Notes under the pieces: generated by a model
The model's database searches: none
Told to the model about the DNA's origin: nothing
The model's input: only the letters and a program-made list of their open reading frames with translations
IMG/VR virus record: IMGVR_UViG_3300034280_000588
Direction: 5' to 3' (one strand)
DNA: 62,942 nucleotides
Source: an uncultured virus (IMG/VR IMGVR_UViG_3300034280_000588)
Lineage: Duplodnaviria > Heunggongvirae > Uroviricota > Caudoviricetes
Shown here: piece after piece, positions 57,834 to 62,942 of the stretch
Numbering within the stretch: the first letter of the stretch is position 1
How the letters are laid out: every line of letters begins with the position of its first letter
Program-made: the position numbers and the translations under genes

Positions 57834-57987
57834 AGAAATTCTCTTTGGCAGAGTGAGAGAGCCTGTAGATACTATATCTACAGGCTTTCATACTGTCTAT
57901 CCAAGAGAAAGAATGCCTTTTCAGCAATGGCTGAAACAACATAGAGTGAGTATGCTCTATGATCGTAAAAGAGTTGAAATCAATTAA
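57802..57987 (+). CDS. Hypothetical protein
   Basis: 61 aa ORF. Confidence 0.55.
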   Translation: MKKKHAFFLIKEILFGRVREPVDTISTGFHTVYPRERMPFQQWLKQHRVSMLYDRKRVEIN

Positions 57988-58004
57988 CCATTAAAATCAA
58001 AAAA

Positions 58005-58799
58005 ATGACAAAGTCAACAACAAAAAAAGCAACACAAAAAAAACTTCAAATTGAGTACAAAGCAGCACTCAAAAGCATGAAATGGTTGTCTCTTAATGGT
58101 AACATTAAGTTTAATTATTTGGCAGGTATCAACCGACCAATTAATCCTTCACAGGTGACTAAACTTGCAAAGTCTTTAGAAATGATAGGAGCTATTAGAC
58201 CAGTTGTAATTGCTGAATTAGCATTTATTACTGGTAAATTGGCTAAATACATCATTGATGGACAGCATCAGTTTAATGCACTTATTCGTCTTGGTTGGGA
58301 AATTCCATATGTAACAATTCAAGTGAAGGATAAGCAAGATCTTGTAGAAAAAATTGCTATGCTGAATGCCAGTTCTAAAACATGGAGTATGCAGGATTAT
58401 GTTACAGCATGGTCAAGTCTTAAGGATGATTATGTGAAACTTAATCATTACTATCAAGTTTATGATTTTGAAATTACAGAAGTTGCTTTTATTCTAATGA
58501 ATAATGTTACAACCAACGGTAGTACTAATAGAATTATCAAAGGTGGTGAATTTGTTATTAAAAATGAAGCAAAAAATGTAGAAATCTTAAATCATACAAC
58601 TGACATGCTGAAGATTGTACCAAGGATGAATCGCTTTGAGAATAGATATGCTATTAAAGAGTATGTCAAATTCTTGAGAACAACTCCTAAATATGATCAT
58701 CAATTGTTTTTGTCAAAACTTCAGAAGAACAAAGAGAAGTTTGTTCTTGCCACTCAAGAAGAAGGCAAACTGTCTGAACTGTTTGAGAAACTCTCTTAA
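58005..58799 (+). CDS. ParB/Srx-like N-terminal domain protein
   Basis: INRPINPSQV...RPVVI...IIDGQHQFNA...MLNASSKTWS. Confidence 0.7.
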   Translation: MTKSTTKKATQKKLQIEYKAALKSMKWLSLNGNIKFNYLAGINRPINPSQVTKLAKSLEMIGAIRPVVIAELAFITGKLAKYIIDGQHQFNALIRLGWEIPYVTIQVKDKQDLVEKIAMLNASSKTWSMQDYVTAWSSLKDDYVKLNHYYQVYDFEITEVAFILMNNVTTNGSTNRIIKGGEFVIKNEAKNVEILNHTTDMLKIVPRMNRFENRYAIKEYVKFLRTTPKYDHQLFLSKLQKNKEKFVLATQEEGKLSELFEKLS

Positions 58800-58861
58800 T
58801 TTACATCTTAACCAAATGTGTACCAGACATTAAGTTTGGTACACATTTTAAAACAAAAACT

Positions 58862-59356
58862 ATGAATTTTAATTATCATCATGATGCTTCCACAATTCCT
58901 GAAGGATTGGGAGTAGACCAAGAAACACAAACACGGGCAATGGAAATAGTTTTCTTTACTACTATTTCTAACTATTTGATTGCTAGTGAGTTTTACGACA
59001 CCTTTGATGAAGCCCCTCAAAAATTGAAAACTATGACGGGTGACATTGAAGCATCAATTAATCTTGTTTCTTCTACAGTTGAGAAGGATTTTATGTTGCT
59101 TATGTTTAAAAACTATCATGAGATTGCTATTAACGCACTTGCTCATTATAAGTTTTTGAGTAAAGCAGACGAGAATGAAAAAAGGAAATTGGAAATCTTT
59201 ATGAAAATTGCAGAGTTGAAGGCTCAAGATGATATAAAAGATGGAAATATTTATACAAAGCCGGAATATATGATGAAAAGGATTGAAGAAGTGAGAAACT
59301 CAAATTTTAATTTTGAGAAGTATTACGCGGCTTGTCAAAACCTTCAGCATGTATAA
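58862..59356 (+). CDS. Hypothetical protein
   Basis: 164 aa; A-rich leader. Confidence 0.65.
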   Translation: MNFNYHHDASTIPEGLGVDQETQTRAMEIVFFTTISNYLIASEFYDTFDEAPQKLKTMTGDIEASINLVSSTVEKDFMLLMFKNYHEIAINALAHYKFLSKADENEKRKLEIFMKIAELKAQDDIKDGNIYTKPEYMMKRIEEVRNSNFNFEKYYAACQNLQHV

Positions 59357-59609
59357 GACTAGGTTTGGAATGGTTAGTGGTATAGTCCTGAGAAACCCTG
59401 ATATATCTATTAGGGCTAAGGGACTATACTCCTATTTGTCAACCTTTATTGACAAAAAAGGTGAAACATTTGTTTCTGTAGAGAAAATGGCTGAAGAAAA
59501 TGATATTTCAGTTTCCACAGTTAAAAGATTACTTGCAGAACTAAAAGAAAAGCAGGTGATTCAAAGAATATCTAACATTAAATCAACAACAATAACAAAA
59601 TTTATATGA
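59349..59609 (+). CDS. Winged-HTH protein (replication-initiator N-terminal-like)
   Basis: ISIRAKGLYSYL...FVSVEKMAEENDISVSTVKRLLAELKEKQVI; start reassigned to ATG 59349. Confidence 0.7.
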   Translation: MYKTRFGMVSGIVLRNPDISIRAKGLYSYLSTFIDKKGETFVSVEKMAEENDISVSTVKRLLAELKEKQVIQRISNIKSTTITKFI

Positions 59610-59827
59610 AGTCAATTGTCGCTATTATTATTTATGCCGTAACATTTTTAGGCTTTTTCTTTATAATAAGCCTTGTAGGACTACTTTGGTTGCCTACATA
59701 CAGAGATGTAATTACCTCTGTAGAGTGGTTTATTATATATACTCTCACTCTGGGATGGTGGTTGTCCTTTTTTCCATTGCGAGAATATTACATGAAGCAC
59801 AAGAAATATTTTCAAAATAATTTCTGA
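59606..59827 (+). CDS. Small membrane protein, paralog of 56545..56766
   Basis: 73 aa, gap-free alignment with paralog. Confidence 0.7.
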   Translation: MKSIVAIIIYAVTFLGFFFIISLVGLLWLPTYRDVITSVEWFIIYTLTLGWWLSFFPLREYYMKHKKYFQNNF

Positions 59828-60072
59828 AGGAATTGGATTTTATTCCTATCTTTATGCTTGATGAGCTGTAACAGCAGTTCAAAATTGTACAAAAAACCAA
59901 CCAAAAGAGAACTAAAAAAGGCTATGGAATATTCTAGTTGGGAATATATAATCCCTACGCCCAAGGGTTCTGCTTTTTAAAATAAGTATCAGCACTTATT
60001 CCCTAATCATTTTTAAATCATTAAAAAAGAGGGGTTAAGATTGTTAACGAATTGTATAAGTGCTGATATTAT

Positions 60073-60466
60073 GGGGGTGACAGGTATTGACCTGTTAATG
60101 AAGGTGAGTGCACATGTAGACAAAGTAGGAATGTCTTTAAATACCTGCAAACAATAAACGCTAAGACACAATCTGAGCGTGTAGCAGAAGGTGAAGCAAT
60201 CCTTGCTTCTATTTTTGCAGATGAGGCAGTAGCTGCCTGATCACTACGGGGGAGTTATCCCTGGCAACAGAAAATAACATACAGTGGACTTTCCTAGTTT
60301 CACACTTGATAGCCAAAACTAGGTGGTGGAGATGCTGACCAACTGGTTGGTTCCCATAGGGTGCAGATGACGGGGGATCTTTCCTCTTGATTATCAGTAC
60401 TAAACATGTGATACGCTGTGCTCATTGTTCTTAACAGACACCAGGGTTCGATTCCCTGCACCTCCA
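60073..60466 (+). ncRNA. ssrA: tmRNA (phage-encoded)
   Basis: Acceptor GGGGGUG/CACCUCC-A with G3.U70; T-arm CAGGG-UUCGAUU-CCCUG; AUAAAC before resume GCU; tag ORF 60160-60240 AKTQSERVAEGEAILASIFADEAVAA*; CCA not encoded. Confidence 0.93.
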
Positions 60467-60501
60467 CTGATCATGAGGGTTTAAAAACCCGCGAGGTAAA
60501 C

Positions 60502-60531
60502 GGTCCTTGTTTCTACAGGGACCTATTTTTT
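60502..60531 (+). terminator. Intrinsic terminator after tmRNA
   Basis: GGTCCTTGT-TTCT-ACAGGGACC then TATTTTTT. Confidence 0.7.
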
Positions 60532-60548
60532 CACTAAAGATAAAAACA

Positions 60549-60713
60549 ATGAAATTTTTAAAGAACCTTTTTTGTAAAGACCAAACAGAAAAACTAAAGA
60601 AATTAGAAGAAGAAAACGGCGTATTAAAGCAAAAACTTGAAGAAAGGCAGGAGGTGATAAACAAAACAAATGCCTATTGGAAGAAGAAATTACATGCTAA
60701 AAACAAATTATAG
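60549..60713 (+). CDS. Small coiled-coil protein
   Basis: Start reassigned to ATG 60549 (MKFLKNLF...). Confidence 0.6.
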   Translation: MKFLKNLFCKDQTEKLKKLEEENGVLKQKLEERQEVINKTNAYWKKKLHAKNKL

Positions 60714-60792
60714 CACTATAATCCCCATTTGTTATATATAAGTGGTTGTTTTATAACAATTATGCACTAGTTTTAGTAAATAAAACTACAGA

Positions 60793-61047
60793 ATGTTATA
60801 TCAACTACCTAATGGAAAAGTTATTGAAATAAGCACAGAGCAGTTTATTGAGATGACTGATGAAGAACTTGAGTATCTGATTGCATACAATTATGGTGAA
60901 GGAATGGAAGATCCTTGGTTTGGTTCTGTACTAAAAAAAGGATCACCACCTGAGCAAGTTGAGGAAACTATTCCTGAAATAACAGATTTATCTCAAGATG
61001 AAAAGTATTTAGATCTTGACATAGATGAAGGTCTTATAGAAGAATAA
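60793..61047 (+). CDS. Acidic hypothetical protein
   Basis: 84 aa; MLYQLPNGKVI N-terminus, D/E-rich. Confidence 0.7.
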   Translation: MLYQLPNGKVIEISTEQFIEMTDEELEYLIAYNYGEGMEDPWFGSVLKKGSPPEQVEETIPEITDLSQDEKYLDLDIDEGLIEE

Positions 61048-61070
61048 TGGTTAACAAATCAATTAAACGC

Positions 61071-61100
61071 ACGCTAAGATGGTTTTCTTAGCGTTTTTTA
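61071..61100 (+). terminator. Intrinsic terminator
   Basis: ACGCTAAGA-TGGTTT-TCTTAGCGT then T run. Confidence 0.7.
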
Positions 61101-61125
61101 TTTTTAAAACTTTAAATTAAAAACA

Positions 61126-61581
61126 ATGTCAAAAGTTAAAATCGTCAGTGATGAAAATGGAAATGTAGTAACCATATCTTCAAATAATCCAGAGTTTGCT
61201 TGGATTATTTTGGAACAAAATGCTACACAAATGGAAAATGGTTGGTTGAGAAAAGTTACAAAAAAGGCAAGAATTATGGGTAAAACCACTGATCTTGTAG
61301 AACTTAAATATACAAAAAATACAGAACTTCCTGGTAAAATTGTAGTTGTAGAATCTTTAACACCATTTAATTCTTCTGACTCAGAAAGAGATCTTAAGAT
61401 TGCTGGTGACACAGGTGTTATTTGCCGTGTAAATGATCAACCCATTTATAGGAGAACATTCTATACAAGTGATTCCACTGCAGAAGATGTATATGTACAG
61501 CATACAAATTCTGATGAAATCAAACAAGTACAAAAAGCTTTGAATTCTGTAAAAGGACTGAAGATTCCTGTAAATCTTTAA
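61126..61581 (+). CDS. Conserved hypothetical protein (possible ssDNA-binding protein)
   Basis: 151 aa beta-rich; flanked by terminators; function is a guess. Confidence 0.45.
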   Translation: MSKVKIVSDENGNVVTISSNNPEFAWIILEQNATQMENGWLRKVTKKARIMGKTTDLVELKYTKNTELPGKIVVVESLTPFNSSDSERDLKIAGDTGVICRVNDQPIYRRTFYTSDSTAEDVYVQHTNSDEIKQVQKALNSVKGLKIPVNL

Positions 61582-61598
61582 TTCCATGTGTTTTTTGG

Positions 61599-61630
61599 AG
61601 GGCTCAGGAGAAATTCTGAGCCCTTTTTTT
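61599..61630 (+). terminator. Intrinsic terminator
   Basis: AGGGCTCAG...CTGAGCCCT then T run. Confidence 0.75.
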
Positions 61631-61652
61631 ATAAACTTTAAATTTTAAAAAC

Positions 61653-62159
61653 ATGAATGAGAACAAAACAATTTCGGTAAACTCAAAAGGATTTGTAGTA
61701 AACTTTACAGATTCTAACAAACATCGGTTTATACCCTTTGTAAGGCAAGATCTTCCAAGAATGATGTCTGCCAAATACCAGGAAATTGAAAAGCCTGTGT
61801 TTAATAAAACACAACAAAGACTTTATTCTGAAGCTCTTTATGGTACAAAACTGTACACACAAGAAGAAATTCAGAAAATGCCCAAGTCCAGGGTGTTACA
61901 AATTATTGATATTTGTTATAAGGCACAAAAATTCATTAATAGATGGAAGCAGGAAATTGTAAGTGAAAAAGTTGACAATTTATTGTTATCTTTATTTCCC
62001 AAATCTTCTATTGTGAAAGCTTTTGCAGATGTTAAAGGTTATGATGACACTTTGAAAGTGAATTATAGTTTCAAAGATCTTGGATTGGATCAAATTAAAA
62101 TTGCTGATAAACTTATTTCTTGGTCTTTGCTTCCTAAAAACTTTTACGAACTACAATGA
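61653..62159 (+). CDS. Hypothetical protein
   Basis: 168 aa ORF. Confidence 0.65.
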   Translation: MNENKTISVNSKGFVVNFTDSNKHRFIPFVRQDLPRMMSAKYQEIEKPVFNKTQQRLYSEALYGTKLYTQEEIQKMPKSRVLQIIDICYKAQKFINRWKQEIVSEKVDNLLLSLFPKSSIVKAFADVKGYDDTLKVNYSFKDLGLDQIKIADKLISWSLLPKNFYELQ

Positions 62160-62542
62160 ATGTAAAACTTAAAAAGTGTGCTGGATGTGAACAAATGAAA
62201 TACATCTGGAAGTCACACGGTAAAGAAAAGTATTGTCAACAATGTTGGTATTCTATTGAGAAGCCCAAATCTATTTCCCCTGTCTCTGCAAAGAGACGGG
62301 TGGAGATGGATGAATATTCTAAAAAAAGAACAGCATTTCTTATAGTGAAACCACAATGTGAAGCAAAACTTGTAAATTGTACTATTAAATCAACAGATGT
62401 GCATCATAAAACAGGCAGGGTGGGAGATAACTATTTGAAAATATCTAGTTGGTTAGCGGTATGTAGGAATTGTCACACATGGATAGAGAATAATCCTGTA
62501 GAAGCAAAAGAATTAGGATATTCAGAATCAAGACTTGACTAA
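62156..62542 (+). CDS. HNH-type Zn-finger nuclease-like protein
   Basis: CAGC, CQQC, then CE...C...DVHHKTGR...LAVCRNCHTWIE. Confidence 0.7.
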   Translation: MNVKLKKCAGCEQMKYIWKSHGKEKYCQQCWYSIEKPKSISPVSAKRRVEMDEYSKKRTAFLIVKPQCEAKLVNCTIKSTDVHHKTGRVGDNYLKISSWLAVCRNCHTWIENNPVEAKELGYSESRLD

Positions 62543-62548
62543 CATACA

Positions 62549-62620
62549 GGTTCTATAGTTTAATGGATAGAACGGTTGCCTTCTAAGCTACAGATCCAAG
62601 TTCGATTCTTGGTGGAACCA
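62549..62620 (+). tRNA. tRNA-Arg(UCU)
   Basis: Acceptor GGUUCUA/UGGAACC; anticodon loop CU-UCU-AA (one U-U mismatch in stem); T-arm CCAAG-UUCGAUU-CUUGG. Confidence 0.9.
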
Positions 62621-62629
62621 CATGCGTAC

Positions 62630-62715
62630 ACTCAGGTGGTGGAACTGGTATACACGCAGCACTTAAAATGCTGTTCTCAGTAATGAGAGTGTGGGTTCGA
62701 TTCCCATCCTGAGTA
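62630..62715 (+). tRNA. tRNA-Leu(UAA)
   Basis: Acceptor ACUCAGG/CCUGAGU; CAGCA-CUUAAAA-UGCUG; long variable arm; T-arm GUGGG-UUCGAUU-CCCAU. Confidence 0.92.
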
Positions 62716-62789
62716 CAATAAACAGGTACACGCTTCCCATCTAGAAGGATAATGAAGGAAATAATACGTTCCCTAAGACCTGTTTATAT

Positions 62790-62890
62790 AGTCAGGTAGT
62801 GGATATGTAAACGGGCTCAAGCTCGATAAGGCAAAATGGTATGCTTCTCTTTACGAGACCACATTACGGGTTCGAATCCTGTCCTGACTA
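62790..62890 (+). ncRNA. tRNA-like RNA with non-canonical centre
   Basis: Acceptor AGUCAGG/CCUGACU-A and T-arm ACGGG-UUCGAAU-CCUGU intact; no 5-bp/7-nt anticodon arm; 101 nt. Confidence 0.65.
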
Positions 62891-62906
62891 CTAAAATTTA
62901 AACAAC

Positions 62907-62942
62907 ATGAAACAGACATCAATAGAATGGTTAAAAAAAGAA
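62907..62942 (+). CDS. N-terminus of hypothetical protein (runs off the window)
   Basis: MKQTSIEWLKKE after A-rich leader; resembles MKQTAVEWL-type starts of Bacteroidota phage ORFs. Confidence 0.55.
   Translation, partial: MKQTSIEWLKKE

Noticed and set aside
60431..60664. Minus-strand ORF ending WRCRESNPGVC
   Set aside because: Antisense translation of the tmRNA 3' end and the next gene
62716..62790. Theta/HDV-like ribozyme at tRNA 3' trailers
   Set aside because: Could not build the nested double pseudoknot; the spacer folds as a simple three-way junction
62810..62830. Opal suppressor or Sec tRNA (UCA in the loop of the tRNA-like element)
   Set aside because: Loop is 4 nt (UCAA) and the acceptor stem is 7 bp; geometry does not support decoding
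1..62942. Stop-codon reassignment as in some Crassvirales
   Set aside because: Long genes are intact in code 11, TAG and TGA both end genes at tight junctions, and no canonical suppressor tRNA is present

Overview
A 63-kb, AT-rich segment of a large Bacteroidota-infecting tailed phage with crAss-like (Crassvirales-like) gene order, read in standard code 11. Family assignments are from motif recognition only; no search was run. Positions 1-51220 (minus strand) are the late module. In transcription order it runs PhoH, a PD-(D/E)xK nuclease, a GT4 glycosyltransferase, terminase, portal, scaffold-like protein, major capsid protein and head-completion genes. It continues with small basic proteins, a ferritin-like protein, fibres, poly-Thr/Cys-rich appendage proteins, two more glycosyltransferase genes, a metallophosphoesterase, tail ring/muzzle proteins and predicted ejected cargo proteins. 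Positions 51373-62942 (plus strand) are an early/accessory arm of small ORFs and hairpin-dense non-coding tracts, with two twister-ribozyme-like RNAs, a tmRNA with a 26-aa tag, two tRNAs and a tRNA-like element. The best candidate new system is phage-encoded mucin-type O-glycosylation: five virion-module proteins carry poly-Thr/Ser tracts, and the two largest lie directly upstream of a GT95/GT96-like peptidyl O-glycosyltransferase and a lectin-GT-GT fusion.
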